This document shows positions 9,461-19,406 of a stretch of DNA of 64,000 nt, in pieces. The DNA is from Bacilli bacterium. Lineage in GTDB: Bacteria > Bacillota_I > Bacilli_A > ML615J-28 > CAG-698. A program made the position numbers and the translations under genes. Positions within the stretch are counted from its first letter, which is position 1; the number at the start of each line of letters is the position of its first letter. The stretch lies in contig JAZNJG010000142.1 in assembly GCA_045577945.1 (NCBI GenBank), forward strand, positions 1,516 to 65,515. The letters run 5' to 3'. Under the pieces are notes generated by a model. The model was not told the DNA's origin. It searched no databases and saw nothing but the letters and a program-made list of their open reading frames with translations.

Positions 9461-11491
9461 GTGTATCTAATAATGGATTTAATGAATGATTTATTTGGGA
9501 TTGATGAATCGGAAGATAAAATTATTTCTCTTCTTAAAAGATGTGATGATTGTTATAACAACTCTAATTGCTATTACATATTAAACGAACAAGATGTTAG
9601 TATACTATCAGATATGTCATTAAATTATAATTGTAATATAGAAGTTACTGATGATATTTATGATGAAATCTATTTTAATATTAAATCAAAATATCCTAAC
9701 AACACATACTTCAATAAAGTTGGTTCAAATGTTAAGTCAGGAAAAATAAAATTAGATATACCAATGGGCTCAGCAAGTGAATTAAAAAAAGGTGATTGGG
9801 ATAAATGGAAACTACCAATTGAGTATGTAATTAGTAATAAATTAGACGGAGTATCATGTAGGCTTTATTATGAATATGGTAAATTAGTTAAAGCTGTTTC
9901 ACGTGGAAATGGTTATGAAAGTCAAGATATCACTAAACACGTAATGAAGATTAAAAATGTTAAAAAGCAATTAAATCAAAATATTAATATTAAAATTAGA
10001 GGTGAAATTATCGTTCCAAAAACTAATATTAATTTAATGTTAGATGAAATTGAAAATGAAACTGGTGCGAGACCAAAAAATCAAAGAAACTCGGTTAGTG
10101 GTTTTATTAATAGTAAAAATGGTGTTGATTCAGTCGCAAGAAATGTTAATTTTATAGCTTATAAAATTGAAGAATGGGGTAAATCTGAATATGAGATGTT
10201 TAAGTATCTAGAGCATGAACTAGAATTTGATACAACCGAATATCATTTAATAGATGGTAATTATACTGAAGAGAAGCTAGTTAATATATTAAAAGATGTA
10301 AAAGATAACTATACATATGAATGTGATGGATTAATTATTACTCAAAATATAACTCAACCTGGTTATGAAGGTTATGAAACAAATTCTATCAAAAGAAAGT
10401 CAAGTCGAAAGTTTAAAGTTGGTTTAAGTGATAATATAACTACATCAGAAGTTATCAGTATTAATTGGAATATTTCAAAAGATGGTTTATTTAAACCAGT
10501 AGTTCAAATCAAACCTGTACAATTAGCAGGAGTAACAGTTACTCAAGCAACAGGTCATAACTATAAAAATATTATAGATAATAGAATTGGTAAAGGTGCA
10601 ATTATTACAATATCTCGCTCAGGTGAAGTTATCCCGTGGATTCAAAATGTTATTAAACCGTGTGAAGATAATATTGATAATTATGACTTACCGAATTCAC
10701 AATTATATAAAATATCTGGTGTTGATATTAAATTTACAAATATTATAACAGAAGATGATTATGATATAGATAGTGAAGTAAAATTTTACAGAAAAGAGCA
10801 AAATATTAAAAAATTAGTTTATTTTTGTAACTGTTTAGATGTGGAACAAGCTGGAGATGGTAACATTCGTAAATTAACCAATAATAAAGATCTAGTTGGT
10901 GAGAGTTTAATACCTAAAATATACAGTATTAAAGATTTAATATTAGAGCCAGTTGAAACATTTATATCAACTATAGGTGTTAACGGTCGATTATTTTATA
11001 ATTCATTACATCAAAAATTAAAAGAATGTACTGAATCTCGATTTTTTGATGCAGTTGGTTGTTTTGGAAGAGGTATTGGTGAAACAAAATTAGATAAAAT
11101 ATATAATAGATATCAAACATTAAATGTATCTTTAGAACAAGTTTTATCAACACCAGGTTTTGCTGAAAAAACATCTGAACAATATAATAATCATATGATG
11201 AATTATTTTAATTGGGTTGACTGGTTAAACAATAATAATATTCATTTAAAAACACCTGATTTATATAGCGGTGAGTGTAGTGATTTAAGTGTATGTTTTA
11301 CTGGTGTTCGTGATTCAAATATAGAGAATTTTATTAAATTAAATGGTGGTAGAATTGTATCAAGTGTAACGAAAGATTGCAATTTACTAATATGCGATTC
11401 ATTAAACAGTAATTCAGGTAAAATGAAAAAAGCTATAGAAAAACAAATTGAAATTATTAATTATGAAGAAGCGTGTAGGAGGTTTTGTTAA
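9461..11491 (+). CDS. ligA: NAD-dependent DNA ligase (LigA family)
   Basis: adenylation motif 'NKLDGVSCRLYY'; 'SRGNGYESQDIT'; 676 aa with a C-terminal BRCT-like region. Confidence 0.85.
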   Translation: MYLIMDLMNDLFGIDESEDKIISLLKRCDDCYNNSNCYYILNEQDVSILSDMSLNYNCNIEVTDDIYDEIYFNIKSKYPNNTYFNKVGSNVKSGKIKLDIPMGSASELKKGDWDKWKLPIEYVISNKLDGVSCRLYYEYGKLVKAVSRGNGYESQDITKHVMKIKNVKKQLNQNINIKIRGEIIVPKTNINLMLDEIENETGARPKNQRNSVSGFINSKNGVDSVARNVNFIAYKIEEWGKSEYEMFKYLEHELEFDTTEYHLIDGNYTEEKLVNILKDVKDNYTYECDGLIITQNITQPGYEGYETNSIKRKSSRKFKVGLSDNITTSEVISINWNISKDGLFKPVVQIKPVQLAGVTVTQATGHNYKNIIDNRIGKGAIITISRSGEVIPWIQNVIKPCEDNIDNYDLPNSQLYKISGVDIKFTNIITEDDYDIDSEVKFYRKEQNIKKLVYFCNCLDVEQAGDGNIRKLTNNKDLVGESLIPKIYSIKDLILEPVETFISTIGVNGRLFYNSLHQKLKECTESRFFDAVGCFGRGIGETKLDKIYNRYQTLNVSLEQVLSTPGFAEKTSEQYNNHMMNYFNWVDWLNNNNIHLKTPDLYSGECSDLSVCFTGVRDSNIENFIKLNGGRIVSSVTKDCNLLICDSLNSNSGKMKKAIEKQIEIINYEEACRRFC

Positions 11492-12045
11492 ATATGTCAA
11501 ATGAAAAAGAGATAGTATATAATTATATTAAAAACGATGATGTCTATATACTGGGTGAATTTGATAATACAGTTTCTCAAAATATAATTGCCCTACTACC
11601 ACAAATTATTGAAAGTAAGATAAATCAAAAGCATGCTGAAATTAATTTCTATATTAATTCTTGTGGTGGTCAAACAGATATATTATTTTCTCTATCATAT
11701 TTTATCGAAAAAGCTAAACAAGCTGGTATTACTGTTAATACCCATGTTATTGGTGATGCTTTTTCAGCTGGTAGTTATCTTGCAGTACAAGGTAATTATA
11801 GGTATATGAATAGATATAGTAACCAGTTAATGCATTTTGGTTGGGTTCCAACTGTAGCTGAGACACCAAAACAACTAGAAAGAAATCATAAAATGGTTAA
11901 TGATCATTTTAATAATTTAGTTGATATCTATTTAAAATATACTAAATTAACAAAAGCACAAATAAAACAGTTTATGAATGATGATAATTGTTACTTGAAT
12001 GCAGAAGAATGTTTAAAATATGGATTAATTGATGAAATTATTTAA
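11485..12045 (+). CDS. ClpP-like serine peptidase (S14 family)
   Basis: 'INSCGG' (cf. INSPGG); 'GDAFSAGSYLAVQG' with a Ser nucleophile; 'MHFGW' His. Confidence 0.6.
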   Translation: MLNMSNEKEIVYNYIKNDDVYILGEFDNTVSQNIIALLPQIIESKINQKHAEINFYINSCGGQTDILFSLSYFIEKAKQAGITVNTHVIGDAFSAGSYLAVQGNYRYMNRYSNQLMHFGWVPTVAETPKQLERNHKMVNDHFNNLVDIYLKYTKLTKAQIKQFMNDDNCYLNAEECLKYGLIDEII

Positions 12046-13003
12046 AGGAGTAGTTAATATGAGTGGTTTTACTGAAAAGACAATTAAAGCAATCTGTAGA
12101 AATAAAATTGACGATTTATGTAAGTATATTGCTAAAGATGATGAAGATCTAGCTAAAGAATTTAAAAAGCATTGCTTTATTTCAGGTGGTGCTATCACTT
12201 CATTATTACAAGGAGAACAACCAAACGATTTTGATATCTATATAGATAATATAGACACTTTATATAAGATTTGCGAATTTTATACAAATCAATGGAATAA
12301 CAATCATAAGACTAAAAGAGAATTTAATATTATTAAACATATTGAAGAAGATGAACATAAACACGTTGAAATTCAAGTTAAATCATCTGGTATTGTAAAA
12401 GATAGTGATGTTGAAGATCAAGATGAAATACCTTTACCAGCAAAAGAATTAGTTGACGATATTGATAATATAGAAGAAGTTCATAGCAAAAAGTATATTA
12501 TAAAATGCATTACATCTAACGCGTTAAGTTTATCTGATGATATCCAGATTATATGTAGATTCTGCGGCACACCAAATGAAATATTTAAAAATTATGACTT
12601 TATTCATACAATGCAAGCTTATTATAGGTTTACTGATGATTTAATATTAAATACTAAATCATTAACATCTATTATGGCTAAACGCTTAGAGTATAATGGC
12701 TCGTTATTTCCTATATGTTCATTATTTAGATTGAGAAAATTTCTACAGAGAGGTTGGACGATTAGTTCGATGGAAATTTTGAAAATTGCATATCAAATTT
12801 CAAAATTAGATTTAGATGATGTTAATATATTAAAAGAACAACTATGTGGCTGTGATTTTGCATATATGATGGCATTTTGTAATGCATTACATAATTGGAG
12901 AGAAGAAAATCCTGATATAGAATTTAATAGTGAGTACATGTTTGAGTTAATCGAAAAGGTATTCGATAAAGACTATTCATTAGGTGATGAAGATGGTGAA
13001 TAG
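12029..13003 (+). CDS. hypothetical protein with a Pol-beta-type nucleotidyltransferase motif
   Basis: 'FISGGAITSLLQGEQPNDFDIYIDN' fits hG[GS]x9-13DhDh. Confidence 0.3.
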   Translation: MMKLFKGVVNMSGFTEKTIKAICRNKIDDLCKYIAKDDEDLAKEFKKHCFISGGAITSLLQGEQPNDFDIYIDNIDTLYKICEFYTNQWNNNHKTKREFNIIKHIEEDEHKHVEIQVKSSGIVKDSDVEDQDEIPLPAKELVDDIDNIEEVHSKKYIIKCITSNALSLSDDIQIICRFCGTPNEIFKNYDFIHTMQAYYRFTDDLILNTKSLTSIMAKRLEYNGSLFPICSLFRLRKFLQRGWTISSMEILKIAYQISKLDLDDVNILKEQLCGCDFAYMMAFCNALHNWREENPDIEFNSEYMFELIEKVFDKDYSLGDEDGE

Positions 13004-13391
13004 AATAAAACAACTATTGAATTGGTTATTAATAAAATTATTCCATACAGATAAACAACCAATTCAATCTGTTGTCAATACAACTAAACATTATAATGAT
13101 CAAACCCTAGGTCAAAAGAAAAATAAATTTCATAAGCGACTCGATCGTTTATGGAAAAATAAACATACTACTAGAGGTAATGTTTATTATTTAATGACAA
13201 AAGAATATGGAGAACAATTTCATGTTTCAAAATTAAAAACTAATTTAGATTTTGTGAAAGCATATAACTGCCTACAAAAAGTTGAAAATCATATACGTAC
13301 AAATAAAATTATAAGTGATGCTTATAATGATCCTAGAATAATACATGTATTAAATAAGCCATTGAAAAGAAAGGTAAAAAAATTTAAATAA
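12984..13391 (+). CDS. hypothetical basic protein (135 aa)
   Basis: Lys/Arg-rich ORF overlapping the preceding gene. Confidence 0.4.
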   Translation: MMKMVNRIKQLLNWLLIKLFHTDKQPIQSVVNTTKHYNDQTLGQKKNKFHKRLDRLWKNKHTTRGNVYYLMTKEYGEQFHVSKLKTNLDFVKAYNCLQKVENHIRTNKIISDAYNDPRIIHVLNKPLKRKVKKFK

Positions 13392-13410
13392 AAAAAAATA
13401 AAAATTTTAG

Positions 13411-13439
13411 TTGATTATATTAAAAATTTATTATATATT
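13411..13439 (+). promoter_or_regulatory. early sigma70-like promoter upstream of the rIIA-like gene
   Basis: identical 27-nt motif as at 5963. Confidence 0.55.
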
Positions 13440-13465
13440 TTTAGTGTAATAATGGAGCAGTAGTT

Positions 13466-15631
13466 ATGAAAATAAGTGAAAATAATAATGAAATTGAAAC
13501 ATCTTTAAATAATTCTAAGAATTTTACAATTAAAGCATCACCAAAAGCTTTTAAAATTCTTTCAAGTGGGTTATATTCTAATAAAATTAGAGCAATTATA
13601 CGTGAATTATCTTGCAATGCATATGATGCACATATTGCAGCAAATAATCCTGAGCCATTTATAGTTCATCTACCTTCACGTCTAGATAATAGTTTTTATG
13701 TTAAAGATTTTGGTACAGGTTTATCTGAAGAAGATATCATGAGTCTGTATACAACATATTTTGATTCAAACAAGACAAATTCAAACGATTTTGTTGGTGC
13801 ATTAGGTTTAGGTTCTAAATCACCATTCTCATATACAGATTCTTTTATAGTAGAAAGTCGTTTTAATGGTAGAAAAACACTATATCTAATATATCTAGAT
13901 GAAAATGAATTTCCATCTATATCAAAAATTGAAGAAAGTGATACAGATGAACATTCTGGATTAACAGTTAAATTTTCAATTAAAGAAAATGATTTTAAAG
14001 ATTTTACAGATGAAGCAGTGTTTGTTTTGTCACCTTTTGAAATTAGACCAAAAATAGTTGGTAGTTATGATAATATTAAATTACATAGTAAGTTAGAATT
14101 TATAAATGACTACTGCCTTAATTCAAATGAATATCGCTATTTTGGTTTACATGCTTTTATGGGTAATATTTTATATCCAGTTAATCTTAAAGAATTAGAC
14201 TTACAAGAAAATATAATTCAATTTTTAAAAAAACGAAATATTATAATTAAATTTAATATAGGTGATCTTGATATAACACCATCAAGAGAGCAATTATCGT
14301 ATATTAAATCAACAAAAGAAGCACTAGTTAAAAAAATTAACAGTACAATTGACAATATCATTAATAAATACGCAATAGATATTAATAGTAGTGAAGATAC
14401 TTTTAGTATGATACAATCATTTAATTCACTATTCGATGATATACGAGCAATTATATATCATAAAATTGATCGTGATAAATTTCAATTTGATGATAAATTA
14501 TATAGTAAAGATCATAATCGCTTTTATTGTAATTTAGGTCATATTGTTAAAAGTGATATAAAGTTAGATGGTATAAAGAGTTTTAAAGTTGTCGAAACAG
14601 AAAGACGTACTAAGAGTAAACTACCATATTTAACTAAAGTAAATTGTAATCTATTTAATATACCCAAGAATAAAAGCTTTTATATTTCATTTAATAAAGA
14701 AGATGATAATAAGTTTAAATTGAGTGAAATTTTTTATTCTTATCTAATAAGTGTTTCAACATATAAGAATTCAAATATAACAGATGATGATATTATTCGT
14801 TATATTAAAGATAATTACTTTATCACTAATATATTGTATGCTAAAGATTTAGTACCTGAAGAGGAAGAAGTTGATCAAGATAGACCTTTAATGTATCTTA
14901 ACGATATGTCTTATGGCAATACACATGATTTAAATAGTTATTTACAACCATATACTCAAATTCAGTTTAGTGAATATAAGGGATTTGATAGTGTTGAAGA
15001 AATTAAAAATGATAATAGAACGTTTTTAATTGCTTGTGATAAATCTAATATCTTAAAAAAGGATGGTAGTAAGCTTATTAATAATGATGCTGAATCTAAA
15101 TATTATAAATTTATATATAGCATATTTACAAAATACTACCCATCATATAAACTTTTATTCTGTCGAAAAAAAGCAATTAAATATGTAGAAGAAAAATTTA
15201 AAATACCTTATTTTTTTGATTTTGCTGAAAGATTGTTAAGAAAGCAAAAACATATTAGAGATCAAATTATAGATATGTATAAAGATGTTGAAGAAGATAA
15301 TAGTCTTCTTGAAAAAGTATCTAAATCACTCGATGCAACAAAATTAGAAAATATAAATGATAATAAATTGAAGAATATTATACTAAAATATAGATCTTCT
15401 AATTATGATAAATTTAAAAATAGGTATGCAATAAATAGAGAAAATATATGTAGATTATATAAGAATGTTAAAATTACTAATGAAAATATATCTAATAATG
15501 ATTATATAAGAATGTATGATAGTGTTTTCCATCTTGCATGTAATTTATGGACTAGTGATATAAGACACCAATCTCAAAATATAATTGATCTGGCTAATTT
15601 AATATATGAAAGGAATCAAGCTAATGTATAA
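13466..15631 (+). CDS. rIIA: rIIA-like protein (GHKL ATPase-like N-terminus)
   Basis: 721 aa (T4 rIIA is 725 aa); N-box-like 'IRELSCNAYDAH'; followed by an overlapping ~318-aa gene, as in T4 rIIA-rIIB. Confidence 0.5.
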   Translation: MKISENNNEIETSLNNSKNFTIKASPKAFKILSSGLYSNKIRAIIRELSCNAYDAHIAANNPEPFIVHLPSRLDNSFYVKDFGTGLSEEDIMSLYTTYFDSNKTNSNDFVGALGLGSKSPFSYTDSFIVESRFNGRKTLYLIYLDENEFPSISKIEESDTDEHSGLTVKFSIKENDFKDFTDEAVFVLSPFEIRPKIVGSYDNIKLHSKLEFINDYCLNSNEYRYFGLHAFMGNILYPVNLKELDLQENIIQFLKKRNIIIKFNIGDLDITPSREQLSYIKSTKEALVKKINSTIDNIINKYAIDINSSEDTFSMIQSFNSLFDDIRAIIYHKIDRDKFQFDDKLYSKDHNRFYCNLGHIVKSDIKLDGIKSFKVVETERRTKSKLPYLTKVNCNLFNIPKNKSFYISFNKEDDNKFKLSEIFYSYLISVSTYKNSNITDDDIIRYIKDNYFITNILYAKDLVPEEEEVDQDRPLMYLNDMSYGNTHDLNSYLQPYTQIQFSEYKGFDSVEEIKNDNRTFLIACDKSNILKKDGSKLINNDAESKYYKFIYSIFTKYYPSYKLLFCRKKAIKYVEEKFKIPYFFDFAERLLRKQKHIRDQIIDMYKDVEEDNSLLEKVSKSLDATKLENINDNKLKNIILKYRSSNYDKFKNRYAINRENICRLYKNVKITNENISNNDYIRMYDSVFHLACNLWTSDIRHQSQNIIDLANLIYERNQANV

Positions 15632-16562
15632 CTATATTCTAACACCAAATAAATTGACTATTGTTGGGAATCAAAAACATATTCAAATTGAAAGTGACAA
15701 TCAACACTGGGAAGAATGTCGCCAGTTATTAAAAGAAAAAAAATTCGAAGAGATTATTCAATTAGTTGATAAAAAAGATATTATAATTGAGTATATGAAT
15801 GGTAATATTTCAATTATTGATGATTGTGTTTTAATCGATGGTAAACAGATTCATAATAGAATTGTAGATAGAATTATTCAATTTAAAAATGAAGGTTATG
15901 ATTTTGTTCCCTTAATCAATTTTATAAAAAATCAATTATTAAATCCTAGCAGCGAATCAATTGAAGATTTGTATGATTTTATTGAACACGGAAGTATGCC
16001 AATTACATCGGATGGGTGTTTTCTTGCATACAAAGTTGTAGATAGTGATTATTTAGATAAACATTCAAATACTTTTGATAATCATATTGGATGTGTTTGT
16101 GAAATGAATCGTGAAGATGTTGATAGTGATAGACTAAACACATGTTCAACTGGATTACATGTATGTACATATGATTATATATCTTCTTTTATATGCTGTA
16201 ATGATCATGTCATGATTGTCAAAGTTAATCCTAAAGATGTTGTCAGTGTTCCAGTTGATTATAATCAATCTAAGATGAGATGCTGTAAGTATGTAGTTGT
16301 TGATGAGTATATTAACTTTAATAAAGGTACTAGTGGTTACTTTAATAAACTCTATTATGATAATTATGAGGAAGATAGTACAGAAATTACTGAAGGTAAA
16401 ATTTTTACACTTAATAAGTATCTTAATAATAGCTTAAGAAAGAATAAACGGATAGAAATTATTAAAGTAAATGTAAATAATAATTCTGTGTGTGTTAAAA
16501 AAGTTAATGGTCATACTATATATAGTATTGAGTTGGAAAAATTATTAAAATGTATTGAATAA
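15606..16562 (+). CDS. rIIB: rIIB-like protein
   Basis: 318 aa (T4 rIIB is 312 aa); overlaps the rIIA-like gene. Confidence 0.4.
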   Translation: MKGIKLMYNYILTPNKLTIVGNQKHIQIESDNQHWEECRQLLKEKKFEEIIQLVDKKDIIIEYMNGNISIIDDCVLIDGKQIHNRIVDRIIQFKNEGYDFVPLINFIKNQLLNPSSESIEDLYDFIEHGSMPITSDGCFLAYKVVDSDYLDKHSNTFDNHIGCVCEMNREDVDSDRLNTCSTGLHVCTYDYISSFICCNDHVMIVKVNPKDVVSVPVDYNQSKMRCCKYVVVDEYINFNKGTSGYFNKLYYDNYEEDSTEITEGKIFTLNKYLNNSLRKNKRIEIIKVNVNNNSVCVKKVNGHTIYSIELEKLLKCIE

Positions 16563-16593
16563 ATAAAATTTTTAATTTACAATATTTTATATA

Positions 16594-16863
16594 ATGAAAG
16601 TGAATAAAATGATTAATTTATTAGAACCAGAAATTTTACATCTAGCTGATATTTATAATATAAGTGCCTCTTGTACTTATAATAAAGATAGTTGTGTTTT
16701 TAATCTTATTGGAGATAGTAAGAATATTGAAAAATTTAAAGATCGAGTTAGTAAACTTGATAGTTATAAAAAAATAAATAGTTATAATATAGCTAATGAT
16801 TTATATAGTATGTTGCAAACACAATATATTCAATCACAACAATCTAAATATATTATTGATTGA
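16594..16863 (+). CDS. hypothetical protein (89 aa)
   Basis: ORF. Confidence 0.35.
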   Translation: MKVNKMINLLEPEILHLADIYNISASCTYNKDSCVFNLIGDSKNIEKFKDRVSKLDSYKKINSYNIANDLYSMLQTQYIQSQQSKYIID

Positions 16864-16877
16864 TGAAAGGTAGATAT

Positions 16878-16926
16878 TTATGAAGATACGAAATGGTTGG
16901 GTAGGAAATAGTTCATCTAGTAGTTT
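16878..16926 (+). repeat. 49-bp perfect direct repeat, copy A1 (5' end of paralog 1)
   Basis: identical to 20506..20554. Confidence 0.85.
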
Positions 16927-17284
16927 TGTTTTATATGGCTACATGATAGATATAGAAGAAGACAGTAAATTAAAAGATAAGTATAAAGCAAATATTTTAA
17001 GTAATGATATAGAATTTGATAAGTATGATTTTGATAACTGGGTATGTGATCAAATTCAACCTAATAGTGATGATCTACAACTCGAAGTTTATCATGGACT
17101 CGATAATTATGGTAGTGATACTATTTTTATTGGATTGTATCCTGATAAAATGAAAGATCAAGAAACAAAAATTCATTTTAAACAGAAGGTTACTAATTTA
17201 ATTAATGATAACTTTAAATTATATGGTAACGAGATGATATGTGTTGAAGACATACAAATGTATAGTGATGAGGGTTACGATTAA
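16880..17284 (+). CDS. 'MKIRNGWVGNSSSSSF' family protein, paralog 1
   Basis: conserved 16-aa N-terminus shared with the ORFs at 20499, 22213 and 31293; 5' DNA identical to the 20506 copy. Confidence 0.6.
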   Translation: MKIRNGWVGNSSSSSFVLYGYMIDIEEDSKLKDKYKANILSNDIEFDKYDFDNWVCDQIQPNSDDLQLEVYHGLDNYGSDTIFIGLYPDKMKDQETKIHFKQKVTNLINDNFKLYGNEMICVEDIQMYSDEGYD

Positions 17285-17616
17285 TGGAGAATCTAAATCT
17301 AATAGAAGCAAACGAGTCAATTCTAATTGCTGATGATAATTTTCAAGTATATAATTTATATTCTGCTGAGGATTTTAATTTAAAGCAACTAGAAAGTAAA
17401 AAAAATGTATTGACAACTTTAGAGATAAATACTTATAAATCTCGTATAGGAATAATTTCAGGTTCAAATGAATCAAGTGATTTTATAAGTATAGTTTCAA
17501 TGCCAGTTTTACTAGAAGGTAAAACTCAAATTAAAGTAAATGTTTATAACAATAGTTATTTCAAGGGTATCAGTATAAAGAAAGGTGATATTCTTGGTAC
17601 AATAACAATAGGATAA
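17284..17616 (+). CDS. hypothetical protein (110 aa)
   Basis: ORF; start overlaps the previous stop (ATGA). Confidence 0.4.
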   Translation: MENLNLIEANESILIADDNFQVYNLYSAEDFNLKQLESKKNVLTTLEINTYKSRIGIISGSNESSDFISIVSMPVLLEGKTQIKVNVYNNSYFKGISIKKGDILGTITIG

Positions 17617-17634
17617 TATGAAAGTGTAATAGCA

Positions 17635-17826
17635 ATGTCTGTTCTCAAGCTCATATATTGGATACTTGTTGAAAATATATGGTGCCGTATAAACGGTCAT
17701 CGATTTATAGTTGTAAAAGATATTAAAATATCTGATCCAACTATACCATTTGATGGTGTGCAAATATTAAATTGTACTCATTGTAAAAAATCGAAAATGG
17801 CTTGGTATATTAATACGAAAGAATAA
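17635..17826 (+). CDS. small Cys/His-containing protein (63 aa)
   Basis: C..H...C..HC..SK pattern. Confidence 0.3.
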   Translation: MSVLKLIYWILVENIWCRINGHRFIVVKDIKISDPTIPFDGVQILNCTHCKKSKMAWYINTKE

Positions 17827-17853
17827 AAGTTTATTACAATTGACTAGTTTTTA

Positions 17854-17885
17854 GAAAATTCCAAAAGCAGAGGTTTTTGGAATTT
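17854..17885 (+). terminator. hairpin terminator
   Basis: 12-bp stem 'aaaattccaaaa/ttttggaatttt'. Confidence 0.45.
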
Positions 17886-18002
17886 TCGTTTATATGAATG
17901 TTTATTTTTCACATCATTCATTAGATCTGTATTGAAAAGAAAATAATATTGAATATAATTTTAGATAATACATTTTTTAATATGAATTGAAAGGCAATAA
18001 AA

Positions 18003-18845
18003 ATGAGTATTTTAATTTGTGAAGATTTCGCAAATACACTTCAAGGCGAAGGAATGAGATGTGGTTATCCATCACTTTTCATTCGTTCATTTGGTTGTAA
18101 TTTGTGCTGTGTTGGGTTCGGACAACCTGATCCTTCAAACCCAAAAACATATCATAAAGTTGACTACGATTTAGATATTTCACCAAAATATGGTTGTGAC
18201 TCACCAAAAAGCTGGCATCAAAAATTTAAAAACTTATGTAGAGAATATAAAACAGGTAGAGAATATTTAGATTATTTAATTAAAACATATGGTTATAGAT
18301 GGCTACAAGAGATTGTTATTACTGGTGGTGAACTATTAATATATGATGATTTTTATGTAGATTTCTTTACTGAATTAAAGAAAGAATATGATAATAGTAA
18401 TTTTAATGATTTTATAAATGTAACATTTGAGACTAATGGAATTATTCAACCTTCAGAACAATTAGTAAATGTTTTAAGTGAAATATGTTTTAAAGTCCTC
18501 TGGTCAATATCACCTAAACTAAATTGTGTTGCTGGTGTTGATGAAAACAAATCAATTAATATTGAAACATTAAGAAATTATGCGAGAATGAGAAATGAAG
18601 GTTTTTGCAAAATTCAATTTAAGTTTGTATATAATGGTGATGAAAGAGCTTTAAATAAAGTAAAAGATATCGAATGGCAATTAGGAAGTGATATACTTCC
18701 TACTGATATCATGCTAATGCCTGTAGGTGCGTGGGAAAATACTTTAGAATTAAAACAAAAAACATTTCAAGTATGTGTAGAAAATGGTTATGTAATGACG
18801 CAAAGATTACATGTTGAATTGTTTGGTGCTAGAAATGGAATTTAA
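18003..18845 (+). CDS. queE: QueE-like 7-carboxy-7-deazaguanine synthase (radical SAM), atypical Cys spacing
   Basis: N-terminus 'ICEDFANTLQGEGMRCGYPSLFIRSFGCN' matches the QueE signature E.F.T.QGEG...G....F.R..GC; cluster motif reads CNLCC...CDS rather than CX3CX2C. Confidence 0.55.
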   Translation: MSILICEDFANTLQGEGMRCGYPSLFIRSFGCNLCCVGFGQPDPSNPKTYHKVDYDLDISPKYGCDSPKSWHQKFKNLCREYKTGREYLDYLIKTYGYRWLQEIVITGGELLIYDDFYVDFFTELKKEYDNSNFNDFINVTFETNGIIQPSEQLVNVLSEICFKVLWSISPKLNCVAGVDENKSINIETLRNYARMRNEGFCKIQFKFVYNGDERALNKVKDIEWQLGSDILPTDIMLMPVGAWENTLELKQKTFQVCVENGYVMTQRLHVELFGARNGI

Positions 18846-18874
18846 TTATTAGATATGAAAGGTGTATTTAAAAT

Positions 18875-19381
18875 ATGAAAATTCGTAAATTATTTAAATT
18901 CGAAGCAAGTCATATAGTAAGAAATTGTTCCAGTGAAAGATGTAAATATTCTGTGCATGGTCATAGCTATCGTGTAGAAGTATTTTTAACATCTGATAAA
19001 TTAGATAACGGGCAGATGATATATGATTTTGGTTTAATGAAACCTTCTGTAGGTAAATTTTTAGATAAATTTGATCATTGCTGGCATTATTGGAATGTTG
19101 AAAGCGAAGAATTTAAACAGTTCGTTCAAAATACAAACCAAAGATGGATTGAATTACCATTTTCGCCATCAGCAGAAAACTATGCAATTTATTTTCTTAA
19201 AGCTATAAATTATATTTTAGATCACAATGAAATGAAGAATGGAGAGGGTAATGTAAAATGTGTAGGGGTGAGAGTACACGAAACTGACACTGGATACGCA
19301 GAATCCGAATTAAATGATCTAAAATGGCATGATTATTATAATTTAGAAGATATCAAATTTTCACAAGAATTATCAAATTAA
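18875..19381 (+). CDS. queD: QueD (6-carboxy-5,6,7,8-tetrahydropterin synthase)
   Basis: 'KFEASHIV...CKYSVHGHSYRVEV' is the QueD/PTPS Cx3HGH zinc motif. Confidence 0.7.
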   Translation: MKIRKLFKFEASHIVRNCSSERCKYSVHGHSYRVEVFLTSDKLDNGQMIYDFGLMKPSVGKFLDKFDHCWHYWNVESEEFKQFVQNTNQRWIELPFSPSAENYAIYFLKAINYILDHNEMKNGEGNVKCVGVRVHETDTGYAESELNDLKWHDYYNLEDIKFSQELSN

Positions 19382-19406
19382 AAACACAGTCAAAAAGGAA
19401 ATTAAT

